Translations under genes and position numbers: made by a program
From: Antedon mediterranea
Taxonomy: Eukaryota; Animalia; Echinodermata
Direction of reading: 5' to 3'
NCBI RefSeq assembly: GCF_964355755.1
Contig: NC_092676.1
Location: forward strand, 11,199,888-11,263,887
DNA: 64,000 nt
Shown: piece by piece, positions 23,301 through 36,712 of the stretch
How the letters are laid out: every line of letters starts with the position of its first letter
How positions within the stretch are numbered: the stretch's first letter is position 1
Notes under the pieces: generated by a model
The model's input: only the letters and a program-made list of their open reading frames with translations
The model's database searches: none
Told to the model about the DNA's origin: nothing

Positions 23301-25189
23301 AAGGGAAATCTCATCGTACTTATTTTACTCGATCTCAGTGCAGCTTGACACAGTTGACCACACTGTTCTATTGGCGCGACTCAAGCATTACATAGGGCTG
23401 GATGCCAAGGTTCTTGATTGGTGTTCCTCATACCTTTTTGGCCGTCCACAAAGAGTGTGTGTAGGGAATTCAAAGTCCGATTCTTTTGTACTGGACTATT
23501 CTATTCCACAAGGGTCAATTTTAGGACCCCAGTTATTTAGCATATATTTACTTCCAATTCATGAAATCGTCTTAAGGTTTAAAAGGTCTTACCATATATG
23601 TGCCGATGACACCCAGGTTTACATTTCATTTAAGTCAACTGGGGATGTAGAGGTTAAGACCTCAGCTTCAGCATCGGAGAGTGCCATATTGCTTGACTCA
23701 TCAATGACCATGAGTAGACAAATTTCCAGAATAACCAGTAGATCAACCTATCATCTTTGAAATATTAGAAGGATAAGGAGGTATATTTCAAGGGAGGCAA
23801 CTGAGCAAGTCATACATGCATTTGTGACGTCGTGCCTTGATTTTGGAAATTCTCCTATTTATGGTATTCCTAAGGAATCCATACATCGCCTTCAACTGTT
23901 ACAGAATACATCTGCTCAAATCATAACTGGAACAAGGAAATTTGATCACATCACTCCGATTTTGAAAGATCTTCTTCACTGGCTGCCGGTCTCCTATAGA
24001 ATAATTTTCAAGATTTTACTTATAACGTTCAAGACATTAAATGGTGAAGGTCCACGGTACCTCCGTGATTTTCTGGTCAGGCATGCGCCAGCTCGAAATC
24101 TTAGGTCTAGTAGTCTGCAACAACTTATTGTGCCTAGGTCCAGGCATTCATGGGGTGATAGGTCATTTGCTGTTGCAGCACCTCGTCTCTGGAATGCATT
24201 ACCATCCCATATTAGATCTAGCAAGTCTACTGATGTGTTCAAGAGTGCGCTTAATACACATCTGCTGTCGGCTGCCTTTGGAAATTTGTAAGGTTATTGT
24301 TTAGCTAGATACCCACATTACTGAGAACACATGTGAGTAATGTACTGGCAGGTCTGTGCACCTTAAATTGCCGGTAAACGGAAGCAGTGATGTGGGTTCG
24401 ATTGGTCTGCTTTTAAGTTTTTGTTGTTTTTAGTTAGTATTTTTCATGATTTTCACAAGCGCCTTGAGCACTTTGTGGATATGTGCGCTCAAGTAGAGGG
24501 TCTTTACAAAGAGATATTAAAAGAGTATGGAATTGATGTAAAACTTAGCCGTGAAACACTTAAAACGAATATTCTCAGAAATATTGAAAATGCTGTCATC
24601 ACGCCTTCCTTTGGCAATAAACAGTAGCATTTACATTCACAATTAGCTGGGAAAGTTGCAATTAATAGATCAGCTGATGATCAGAAGACACAAACAAAGA
24701 AATTGTACAACTGTGCGAAAGGCCTGGAAACACTTATACGGGATAACAGACCTCATCAATGAAAGTTTAACGGTTATCTGGTGGGTTCATTAACAGAAGG
24801 AATTCCAGAGCTCCTTGGGATAATCCTGCAATGGATTATACAGGGACCACGTAATGCAAAATCACAAGAGAGGAATGCTACCTTGAAACTAAATGCAAAT
24901 CTGATATTCCAACAAATTCTTTACAGTTATGTTTCTGATCGGCAAGTAATTATATGCAAAGCAAAATCGCAAATCTATCGAACAATTGAAACCCCACCAG
25001 CAATCGGAATAGCTTTTCACTGCCATAAAGCACATAGAAGCCGCAGAGCTGTTAGTTTTTTAAATGCTGCTAATGTTGGTGCACCATACCACCGTGTCAA
25101 CGAGATCAACAATCAAATTGCATGCAGTGTCCTACAGATAATGAACACCGACGATGGGATTTATGTTCCTCCAGGCCTCCCGAATTGAT

Positions 25190-25636
25190 TGCTAGACAGA
25201 CAGGCTAGACAGACATACAGGCTAGACAGACAGACAGGCCAGACAGACAGGCTAGACAGACAGGCCAGACCAGACAGGCTAGACAGACAGACAGACAGGC
25301 TAGACGGACAGGCCAGACGGGCTAGACAGACAGGCTAGACAGAAAGGTTAGACAGACAGGTTAGACAGACAGGCTAGACAGACAGGCCAGACAGACAGGC
25401 TAGACAGACAGGCTAGACAGACAGGCTAGACAGACAGGCCAGACAGACAGCCTAGACAGGCTAGACAGACAGGTTAGACAGACAGACAACCTAGACAGAC
25501 AACCCAGACAGACAGGCCAGACAGGCTAGACAGACAAACAGACATGCTAGACAGACAGACAGACATGCTAGACACGACAGACAGGCAGGCTAGATAGACA
25601 GACAGGCTAGACAGACAGACATGCTAGACAGACAGA
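25190..25636. repeat. Complex (AGAC)n / CAGGCTAGACAGA mini-microsatellite
   Basis: About 450 bp of interspersed AGAC and AGGCT/AGGCC units. Confidence 0.95.
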
Positions 25637-28600
25637 GTCATTGTCACAGCCTTTTGTATTAGAGCATCAACCAACAAATGCTAACCAGATGAAAAATACA
25701 CCTGTAACTGTTGTTAAGATGAAATCATGTAGAATTATTGGAACACCCGAACTGACACAGCATGGTTACTTGCACGTTACCTACAACGACAGGAACCACT
25801 AGTGGCTTCAACAAGCTCAGATGATCAGCCTCAAACCATACCAGTATGACGAGCGTATAATTTAGCAATATCGTCTTTAACAACCAGGCCACTAGATAAG
25901 TCACATATAACACCGATCATTAACGCACCAGCTCATGAATGGCAGACAATTGTAACAGCAATGGATGGTGTATACAAGTTAAATCAGTTAGCTGGCTTGA
26001 TGCGAAACTATACAGTTCAGTTGTAGTCAATCAAATAACAAAAAAGGAAGTCACTATAGGCGTGCAGTAGCAGAACATGAAACCACACTACAAGCTTTAT
26101 CAGATCTTTGGTTTGATTCGTTTTTTACAGAGAAGTCAGAGGTTTTGAATGTTCTTACTGATGGCATCAGTAAACTATCTGATGTGTGTGAAACCGAGGA
26201 CAACACATTAATTAGGAAAGCACACCAGGAACTTCTTTCTTATTCAGTTTGAGAGCATTAATCTTGAGGTGCAATTTAAGGCGTATCATGAGAGTCATAT
26301 GCAATATCCTTTGTATAAGCGGCTCCGTATATATAAGCAACAGGTCGAAATTCTATTGCAGTTCCATATATCCGTACGTCAGCCGAACTTCTTCCTCTAT
26401 TTGGCATCTCTTGAAGATATGTCTACATACTTCTTTGCTTATCGAATGGAATATGCTCAAAATATCATGGAGTTTTAGGCACGTGCATCTGAATCAAGAG
26501 AAGTGCAGAGTAATATCTGGGATAGGTTAGTTTCTGCAAAATGTTCAGTAACCAAGAGCAACATTCCATTCACAACAATTGGAGCAGACCATGCCCAAGA
26601 ACAGATAACCAGAGAACTCAAAGGCGAAGGTGGATTGCAGGGTATCACAAATAAACCAGCAACTTTGCTAAGATATTGCCTTGCTGTCCCTGTGTTAACG
26701 TCGCATTGCAAAAGAAACAGAAGATATGTTGGGAGTTTTGACATCAAAGAGAAGCACCACCTGCCGAGAGCTAGAATCAATAAACAAGAGGAAGCAGTGA
26801 GGGCGATGAAAGAGATGCTTGCTCCAATGAAAATATTCAATGATGAGAACAGTAAACTACATCATATATTAATCAAACAGGTATTGACTGAAGATGCTCA
26901 GGAGAGTATCTTGAATCTTGTTGACAGAGGGCAAACGGCCAAAACTAGCTTTGTATAAGAGCGTATTGTTGGTGAAAGACATTTTTGGGATCGGATGTGA
27001 AAGTGAAATATCTAAATTGGGATACGTTAAATAAAAAGAACAAAGAACTTTCAACTCAGAGCTACAACTAACTTATTCAGCAGGCTTTTGCTAATAGTCA
27101 CGTCTGGACATGACCTAAATTTACAGCAAGCAATATCAGAGTACGAATTTAGTAATGTAAATCCTTTACTTATGAAGCCTGATGGTACATTAAACCCTTG
27201 TGTTAACAAAAGTCACATAATCTATGCCCTGGAAGGTCTTGTGGAACCTGAAATTAACCAAGAAACACCACAGCATGCTGATGCATACTAAACTGTTACA
27301 GAATTAGAAGGTCGGGAAATCACATCACCTCATCCTGTGAATCGCTACCTCATCATCGATGGAATGGCATTTGTTCAAACTCTTATGAATGTTCAGACTT
27401 TTAACACCTGCAAAGATTTTGCGGAGGCATTTGTAGTCTATATAGATTCTACCATATCAACAGTGACGCAACTTCCGGGTTCCCATGAGAGGCACGACCA
27501 GTGTCCGCTAAGATCATTTTGTACTTCCAGAACCGCGACAGGTCAGACGTGTGCGCTAGTTGGATATTGTTTCTTTAGATACATACGGCGTGAGGATCAT
27601 CGCAGTTGTGGGCTTCATAAAAGGTAACGTTAAAATTTTGCTTTAGGTGTAGTTGTAGTTGTAGTTGTAGTAGTTGTTAGGAGGACTGGGCGGAGTGTAT
27701 TACCGTACGGACACCCTTAATTTAGCCTATAATGTCTTTATTTCTATCTCCTTATCTTATGATGAATTCGGAGTAGGCTATTATAAATTGGGAATGATGG
27801 CGTGCTAGTGAGGCTATATGCGTGGCCGCCATCTTTAATGTGGCATGCCGCATATGTTTGTTAAAGGGAAAGTAAGTTACTCGTTTCCGTAATGCAGTGT
27901 TTTGTTTTACACCTGCACAATGGAGAGTAAGCTGATAGTCTCCGTTCACTCAATTAACCAATGCGTTAAAAAGGCTATAATTTATAAATTCATTGCTATA
28001 TCAGGCGGTTGTTGGGCCTTCTACTATACTACTAGGCCTAGAGCTATTACCATAGAGATATTATAATTTCTCTATGCTATTACTAATTAATAGTAGGTAT
28101 TGCTAGCTAGGCCTTGACTGGCAAATGTGCATGTATGCGAGTATACTAAGCAGGTCATGACCTTAATGGTATGTCTGTTGCATACAGGTGTTATAACAAG
28201 CCAAGCGATGAGATTTCTTGGGTTGATGTACAGTGACTAAGCTATATAGTACTGTTATTCTAGTGCAGCTTCTAGTGTTAGTGATAAATTAAAGGAGGAG
28301 TTGATTAACTCCATGTCGTCAATGGTGGCCAGCATGAAGCAAGATTTGGTTCAACAAGTCAAAGATATGGTTGGCTTCACAGAGGAGCCTGATGAGGGTC
28401 AGTCCTATATGCCTGTGTGGTCGGATGATGAGCTCCCCGCTGCAAAAACAGCACAACGCATTGATGAGTACACAAGTGGGCCAGCGGAGGTAGCTACAGC
28501 TAGTCAAACCAGTGATTTTGCTGACTTAGCAGCTGCATTTAGTACAGCCACACTTACAGGGCCAGCTGTGGATGATAAATGGGCTACAATTGTAAGTGAC

Positions 28601-29239
28601 CTAATTAGTGGAAGGATACCCCCTGCAAGATGACTGAGCTTACGGGAAAATATCTTCGACCACTCAACTGTGAAATGCTAATCACACCCAAGGTGAACTT
28701 ACCTGTGTGGGGCCAGTTGAAACCTTCTACCAGGACCAATGATGTTGGGTTGCAGAAAGTGCAGGCACTGTTCGTAAACTCTATGTATGCTGTGCTCCAA
28801 GCATGTCACAAGGCCTCAGGTGATTTGAAAACTACATTGACGCATGCACTGGTTATAGCGCTGACTGCAAACCGGGAGTTTAACCTGAAGCGAAGGGACA
28901 TGTTAAAACCAGACCTTAACGCACGATTTGTTGCACTCTGTGGGGTTACGACTCCCATAACCACAGAGCTCTTTGGAGATGATGTTACCAAACAGATAGA
29001 CGATCTCTTCAAATCAAACAAACTTGGCGAGAAATTATCAGGTGCTAGAAGAGGTCGGGGTCGTGGATACAACCCATATGCAGGAGCCAGACGAGTTGGT
29101 TTCCGCAGCCGAGGTGGAAGTCGCTCAGGGTTCCAGAGGTACCAGTCAAACAAGTCTTTTTTAGAAGGAAAGGGCTCCTACCAACGCAGACAGGGAGCCC
29201 GGCTGGCTGCTCAACCAAAGGGAAATCGAGAGTAGAGGT

Positions 29240-31200
29240 CAGTTTTGTTAATCAGATTGATAAAATTCTTAATAATCATGGTAGTTTTATTGCAGGTCAA
29301 TTAAGGTTCTGCGTGGACCGTTGGAAAGAGATCACTACGAATCCCTTTGTTCTGTCATGTGTTACCAATTGTGAAATTGAATTTGAAGCTATGCCTGTGC
29401 AGGCTGGCTATAATCAACAATTAGAGTCGCAATTTTCTGTTGCTGAGCAACGAGCTATTGACTCAGAACTTTCATCTTTTTAGGCCAAAAGGGTTATTGA
29501 CATTTCCAAACTATGTAAAGGAGATTTTGTTTCGCCTATCTTTATCCGTCCCAAAAAAGAACCGGGTAAATATAGAGTTATTTTCAACCTTAAGGAACTT
29601 AATGAGTATGTCACTTATAGGCATTTTAAAATGGACACGATAGATTCGGCAATAAAGCTTATGAAGCCGGGGTGTTTATGTCATCCATCGACCTCCGGGA
29701 CGCTTATTATTCGGTGCCTATTGCAGCAAAGTATAGACGGTTTCTTAAATGTTGTTGGAAAGGTGTATTTTACCAATTTAATGCGCTACCTATGGGCTTA
29801 TCTTGTAGCCCTCGCGTTTTTACAAAGCTGCTGAAGCCAGTTTTTTCTACTCTAAGGAGTAGCTTTGGTATCTCATGCCTTGGTTATATTGATGACTCGT
29901 TTTACACTGACGACACATTGGCGGGGTGTCAAGAGGCTACTTTGCAAGCTACAATGCTGCTAACAAAATTAGGTTTTTCAGTGCATCGGGAAAAATCTGT
30001 ACTTAGACCCACTCAGCAGTTAGAATACCTAGGATTTCAATTAAACTCGGTGTCTATGTCTGTTTCGGTTACCAAAGCAAAGATATCAAGCATTGTTGGC
30101 CTTTGCAGAGAGTTTGTATTTAAGAAATCTGGTAGCATCCGGGCCTACAGACATCTTGTCCGAGACAAAGACTTGGCATTGCGGCATTCAGCCGGTAATT
30201 TTGAGGTGATGATGATCCTCTCGGAGGAGAGTATAATTGAACTTGAATGGTGGATAACATTTCTCCCAACAGCCTCAAAACTGATTAATCATGGCCCTAT
30301 TAACTATACGATCTTCGTAGATGCTTCCCGCAAGGGCTGGGGGGGGGGCATAGTTGACGAGAGCAGAACGCAGGGGCTGTGGTCCCTAGAGGAAGCTGTT
30401 CACGACATAAACATTCTAGAAATGCTTGCAGCGCTATTTGGCTTACAGGCACTTTGTGGCCATTTGCACAAAGTGCATATTCGTATTATGTCGGACAACG
30501 CGACCGCTGTCTCATATATAAATTGTATGGGAGGTACGAAATCGTGGTCATGTAATTCGGTTGCCTACAAGATTTGGTACTGGGCAATAGAGCGAAATAT
30601 TTGGCTTACCGCTGCTCATACTCCGGGCATAAAAAATGTAGAGGCAGATGTTCTGTCTAGAAATTTTGTATCTGGGTTAGAATGGCAAATGAATGCAGGT
30701 ATTTTTTCTAAGATTGTTGACTGTTTTGGAGTGCCGGATATTTACTTATTTGCTAGTCGAATTAATCATAGGGTACCGGCATATGCGTCTTGGAAACCAG
30801 ATCCAAACGCTGTTATCATTGATGCTTTTACCAGTGATTGGTCAACATTTAAACAATTTTATGTTTTTCCCCCTTTTTGTCTGATAGCTAGATGCCTACA
30901 GAAAATTTGACTGGAACACCATCATGGTGGTGCCACTGTGGAGAACACAAGCATGGTTTACGAGAGTTCTCGACTTACTCATTGACACACCACGCTGGGT
31001 GAGGGTCAACAAGTCAGTGTTAGAACACCCACTTATTCATCACCATCCACTAAGCTCACAGTTATGTCTACTAATTTGCAAGTTGTCAGGGAAATCATCG
31101 CTGACGTCAGCCTACCGGCAGAAAATGAGGACGTCATCTTATGTTCTTGGCGACAGAGCACAAGGAAGCAGTATGACGTACACATCAGAAAGTGGCGTCA
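29240..31200 (+). pseudogene. DIRS #2 RT-RNaseH-MT
   Basis: IDLRDAYY, YIDD, DASRKGWG, INILE, ADVLSR, LFASRIN..DAFT.DW..YVFPPF. Confidence 0.88.
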
Positions 31201-32050
31201 ATTTTTGTTTTCAAAGGAAAATTGATTTCTTGCACCCCGTTGTAGGAGATGTCTTAAAGTTTTTACATAACCTTTTTAAAGAAGGTCTTTCTTACTCCTC
31301 GCTTAACACGGCTAGGTCAGCGTTAGCATGTTGCTTCACTGACTATCAGGGCAGGGAGGACCGACCCCTTACACATCATGTACTAGTGTCCAAATATATG
31401 AAAGGGGTTTTTAATTGCCGGCCTCCGGCTCCAAGGTACGCAGTTACCTGGGACGCTAACATTGTTCTAGATTACTTAGCTCTAATGCAGCCATTAGATA
31501 AGTTGTCACTTAGGGATTTATCGTATAAACTAGTCATGTTGATGGCTCTAACGTCAGGGCAGAGATGCAATATGCTGGCGGGACTAGACACTAAGAGTAT
31601 GATAAAGTCGGAAAACAGCTTTGATTTTTCAATTACTGTACTTGCTAAACAGGACCGGCCCAATAAACTGTTTTCATCCCTAAGATTTAAGAAATATTCA
31701 AAACAGGAATTGTGTGTGTTTAATACTCTTGAATCATATTTGGACCGTACACAGCCACTGAGAAGCGAGTCAAAACTGTTGATCTCGTATGTTAGACCAT
31801 TTAAATCCGTTGGGGTTAGCACCATTGGCAGATGACTTAAAACACTACTGGGCCTAGCAGGAATTGATACAGCTACGTTTACTGCGCATAGTACAAAGGC
31901 AGCTAGTGCTTCTAAAGCCAGTAGGTCCATCCCGGTGGATGAAATTTTAAAACACATAGGTTGGGCCTCTGCTACTACGTTTAACAGGTATTATAATAAG
32001 CCAATTGATAATAGTAACAAAAATGCATATGATGTTGCAGTATTACAATA
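31150..32050 (+). pseudogene. DIRS #2 tyrosine recombinase (in-frame stop at about 31835)
   Basis: YSSLNTARSAL, PPAPRY, LTSGQR, AHSTKAA, IGWAS..TFNRYYNK. Confidence 0.88.
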
Positions 32051-32550
32051 GAGCAATAAAAATAACGTTGGCATGGCAACAAGTATTCTGTGTTGGATAA
32101 TTTGTCCTTGTGTTCACTCTGCTTTAAAGTCTCATGGGAACCCGGAAGTTGCGTCACTGTTGATATGGTAGAATTGAAAATTAAACGAGGCTTACCTGTA
32201 AGGTGAAGTTTGATGTAAATTCTACCATATCAGCAGTGGCACTTCTGGGTTAACATGCCCTTCCCTATTAGCTACCCGCCCTTATCGGTTTTTTTCTTAC
32301 CACGTCGGATCGTGCACACAAGGATTTGAAGTCTGATCTTAGCGGACACTGGTCGTGCCTCTCATGTTAACCCAGAAGTGCCACTGCTGATATTGTAGAA
32401 TTTACATCAAACTTCACCTTACAGGTAAGCCTCGTTTAATTTTCAATTCTCCAATTAACAAATAAATTGATGTTGGTGGACGTGTCATCTTTGACAACTA
32501 TGAGAAGACACTTTCGCTTAAAGACGATATCCGATATCAAACATCTTCTG

Positions 32551-35500
32551 TAGCAGGGTAACTTAGCACTTTTTTTGTGCACTTTGTGACAAAAGCACCA
32601 AATTTGGCACAAACCTTCTTTAGGGTATATCTAACAATCCTAGAAGGGGTGCCCAAAAATCGGAACAATTTAACGACGTCATTTGGACCACACCCCTTTT
32701 TTTAGTATTACGTAATTAGGTGAAAACTTAAATCTTCGTATATACATACCAAGTTTGGTATCAAATTAAAACTCATGACATGTACATTGCAATACACACA
32801 TAAAAAATATATGATTTCTCTTTCTCGGAATATATAGGTCAAATAATGTAATTTTCTGTCATATTGAAGGGGATTTCAATCAAAACGCGCCAATATTGGC
32901 CTATGTTATGAACATTGTAGTTATCAACAACATTCATTTTTGTAATAGAACAACTAATATATATTTATCCTGTACCAGTTACTTTCCTTTAACATAATAT
33001 TAGGAACCACTGAAAAAAGTATATAAAACATATACTGTATCAAACTTGGCTCAATAACCACTGGACTATTAGTAAACCGACAAAAGACCATTTGACTGAC
33101 AATTATGGCGTTAGCATCCATAACAATATATGGAGGTGATTATCAACTTTACTTTATGAAATTATTTATCTGGAAACAAACACTTATAATGGTACAGAGT
33201 TGCTAGATGACGAACAAGTTCCACGGCATGGATAACAACGACCAGTGCACTGCTGAACGGCACTTGCAGTTCCCTGAGCAAAAAGGCAACATTTTGCAGC
33301 CACACTTTAGCAATTCCCTACATGCCTTGGATGCTTCAGGTAGTATTGTCCAGACTGGTGTCCATGTACTGCCGGTTTTAGTCCAACCAAAGTCTTCTGG
33401 TGATGGAGCATTCTGCTGTGGCTGTAGACTGGTGGTCCAAATGCATGCTTGGTATATGGATCCGTTGGAATGCTGTAAAAGTGCATCCTGCAATAAACAA
33501 TTTAAAGATTGGTGTTACCTTTTAATGAAAGAAAAACATGAACCTGATAATAAATTATTAAACGACAATTGACAATTATATGGAAGCTCCCCTTACCTGT
33601 GTAGGAGGAATGTTGTCCATTGTCCGTGCCTTTCTTGAAAAAAGATCTTGTCTTAGCTTAGTAACACTTCTTAAAGTACTTGTCTTGTCGTATAGATGAC
33701 ATGTAAACTCCTCTAGCAACTGGAATTGAGATGAGTTGACTCATGGAGGTTTAATACCTCCATGGTTGACTCCTAGAGATTTGAAAGGGTGATGTGCCAT
33801 GGAAAGAAAGGCTTCGGTGACTTCTGGAAATGAGTTCCACGTCTACCATGCGGAGTGTTTTGCTTTTCCGAAGAACTGGGATGTAGTATCGGACACAGTA
33901 AATGCATGAAAAACTGGCAGCCCTCTTGACTTATCCTCTCCTAGGTTATGGCAGATAGTATTTATATTAAAATATTGGAAGTGCTTACCCATGCCAAATG
34001 CGACCCAGATACACGTACCAGGATAACAGGCTATTAGATTGCAGAAAATACCAAGCAGGATAACAATGACATCAGTATCAACTGTATACGCACCAAAATA
34101 ACCCTGCTACCTTTCTTTAAGGCATGATGAATGTGAATGCACATCCTGGAGTCGGCCTCTTCATGGTCGCATATTGACATAGGTTGAGTAGATGTCAACA
34201 TACAACAGACTCGCCTTCAGGACATATATCAAGAATTACTTACTAATTTAATATGCCTTTTTTAATTAATGGTATGAAACTGTAGGCTATAAGTAAATTA
34301 ATCGTTTGGTTACCAACAAAATAAATTAGTATGTATCATAATAAAACTTACCTAATGTAATGTAAACTTCTTTGCAGTCAGAGTAATAATGGGTAGACAC
34401 CTTTGTAGTTAAAAAGTTAAATAACTCCTCTTTATTTACTGGAATCTTTCCTCCTGATCCCTTTTCCTCTTTTTTCTCCTGTAGACTGCTTAAGACTATC
34501 TGTTCTGTAAGTGTCCCACACTATATCAATTCTGTTACTATTCTGCAGCTGCTGTCTGGTCCACGGTAGAAAGACCTATCATACAAATGATACAAGAATA
34601 ACGATCCGCATATAGAAGTGACCAATTATGTGGTGGTTAAACAATAGATACAATCCTGAATGCAAAGAAATGTACTCACCTTATCACCGTAGTCATCAAA
34701 TGTAAATGCATGGTTGCTGGAAAGAGCATGGACAATAGCAGCTCCGTCGAACACCTTTACGTCAACATATGTAGGAGGTTCAGGCTGGCCTTCAGTCTCC
34801 AAATGCTGTAGCAACTCAGACTTATTAGTTGGTAGTCGAAGCTTTCCATTTACTGCCAAAGAGGGTGGCCATGGCTGGTTTTCATGCATGAAGAAGTCTT
34901 CCAAATCTCCATCACGAGATTGACTTGCAATATACAGTCGACTGAATAGGCTGCCGTCACTTTTTAAACTCTTAACTTGTTGCTTTGTTTTGGACACTGA
35001 TTTTGACCATGGTGTGTTGAACAACGACATCTTATTCTGTTTGATGGCTTGTTGAATTGCAACACTTCTGTCGAGAATAACTTCCTTGAAATATTTTTGG
35101 TACTGGGTAGTACCTACATCCTGAATTGTACGAACTGTAACTACTGCACTTTCATTGGCACAATCTCGAGCATCCAAGACCAGAAGTTCTGAACAATTAT
35201 CGAGGAATGGGTTGCCTGCATTGCTCAGGGAACTGCAAGTGCCGTTTAGCAGGTCTTTCTTGCACTGGTCTTTGTTACCCATGCCGTGGAACTTGTTCGT
35301 CATCTAGCAACTCTGTACCATTATAAGTGTTTGTTTCCAGATAAATAATTTCATAAAAGTAAAGTTGATAATCACCTCCATGTATTGTTATGGATGCTAA
35401 CGCCATAATTGTCAGTCAAATGGCCTTTTGTCTGTTTACTTATTCCAGTGATTATTGAGCCAAGTTTGATACAGTATATGTTTTATATACTTTTTTCAGT

Positions 35501-35969
35501 GGTTCCTAATATTATGTTAAAGGAAAGTAACTGATACAGGATAAATATATATTAGTAGTTCTATTACAAAAATGAATGTTGTTGTTCTTATAACTACAAT
35601 GTTCATAACATAGCCCAAAATTGGCGCGTTTTGATTGAAATCCCCTTCAATATGACAGAAAATTACATTATTTGACCTATATATTCCGAGAAAGAGAAAT
35701 CATATATATGTGTGTATTGCAATGTACATGTCATGAGTTTTAATTTGATACCAAACTTGGTATGTATATACAAAGATTTAAGTTTTCACCTAATTACGTA
35801 ATACTAAAAAAAAGGGCATGGTCCAAATGACGTCGTTAAATTGTTCTGATTTTTGGGCACCCCTTCTAGGATTGTTAGATATACCCTAAAGAAGGTTTGT
35901 GCCAAATTTGGTGCTTTTGTCACAAAATGCACAATCTTCATAAAAAAATGGAAGTTAGCAACCCTGCTA
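32551..35969 (-). mobile_element. AcademX-like deletion derivative with inverted repeats of about 730-750 bp and a 3-bp TSD (CTG)
   Basis: TAGCAGGGT ends. CTG at 32548-32550 and 35970-35972, and the host frame TSS|ANIVE is restored. Minus-strand XPG-like remnants (FFMHEN, VFDGAAIVH, HEEADS, DTDV, FHAFT..DTTS.F.GK, PPTQDALLQH, Cys-rich tail) with GT-AG introns at 33488-33596 and 34576-34679. Confidence 0.85.
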
Positions 35970-36712
35970 CTGCTAACATTGTGGAAGTTATTGTGGAAGA
36001 TTCCACACCGATTAAAAACAAAAAAATATTCTTGTCAAGCAACAAGACAAAAGATCAACTCACAGTTTATCTTGTCGATCGACAAAACAGTACGAAATTG
36101 TAAACATCCTATTGTAACAGTCACGCGTCAACACCTGTGAGCACCCAAGAAGAGGAAGATACCTCCTCACGCTTTAGTCAAACTCGTAGAAGACAATATG
36201 CCATCTTTCAATATGAAGGCAGGATGCGAGGAGTTTCTGTCTTCTTGGAACGAAAAGGGTGTCAGCCAAAGATTCAATAACCCTGAGATGGAAACGGTTC
36301 AAAACACTGCCAAATAATCAAGGTGTGGAAAAATTGCCACCAACTTCTGGAGCGTTGCACATACTACGTGCACATCTCCAGGCTAATTTATGGAGCCAAT
36401 ATATCACTATTGACCCAAAAATTCCCGATAACGGCAAACTAAGACCAGTATTATCTGAAAACCAGGCTGCTCCAGAAGCAGTTGTGGAGTCAAACATACG
36501 AACATTGTTGTCTACATCCGATTCAGACAATGATAGTGATGACGAAAGTAACGACGAATAAGTAAAGTAATACACAAATATTATTATGTTGTTATGTTGG
36601 TACTGTTATATTATGTATTTAATCAAAGTTAAAGAAAAAACAATTTGATTATGTGGCCATTTCAGATTTGTGTTCATCATGGACCAGGCATTGCCAAGCC
36701 ACTTTGTTATAA

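Larger units (their letters stand above)
9109..24495 (+). mobile_element. Decayed L2-clade LINE (9109-9759 and 22127-24495), split by the CAC...GTG element
   Basis: RRRGCRGG, VAVTETW, YRP, GDLNIHVDD|PRNPIIIMFLDIL..THIAGHCLDLV, YRPVSNL, LLDLSAA, PQGSILGP, CADDTQ, HWLPV, GDRSFAVAAPRLWN. The 3' end has the stem-loop AAGCGCCTTGAG..GCGCT. Confidence 0.88.
27446..32450 (+). mobile_element. DIRS1-like retrotransposon #2, structurally complete, ORFs frameshifted
   Basis: Left ITR 27446-27516, ICR 32130-32257, right ITR 32334-32450. ATTCT is present at both junctions and in the ICR circle junction. gag 28301-29235, RT/RH/MT about 29240-31200, YR about 31150-32050. Confidence 0.93.
24497..36561 (+). 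pseudogene. Heavily decayed AcademX-like transposase/XPG-nuclease gene, interrupted by a microsatellite, DIRS #2 and a second Academ
   Basis: ETPPAIGIA..HRSR, IYVPPGL, IGADHAQEQ..KGEGGLQGIT, IIDGMAFVQ..TCKDFA..YIDS|PIN..RVIFDNY..SLK, QEEEDT, LPPTSGAL..RAHLQANLW. The termini were not found. Confidence 0.75.

Noticed and set aside
34626-35303. 225-aa ORF as an independent gene
   Set aside because: It is a chimera: the first 27 or so codons are the antisense of the inverted arm, fused to an Academ exon that reads into an intron.
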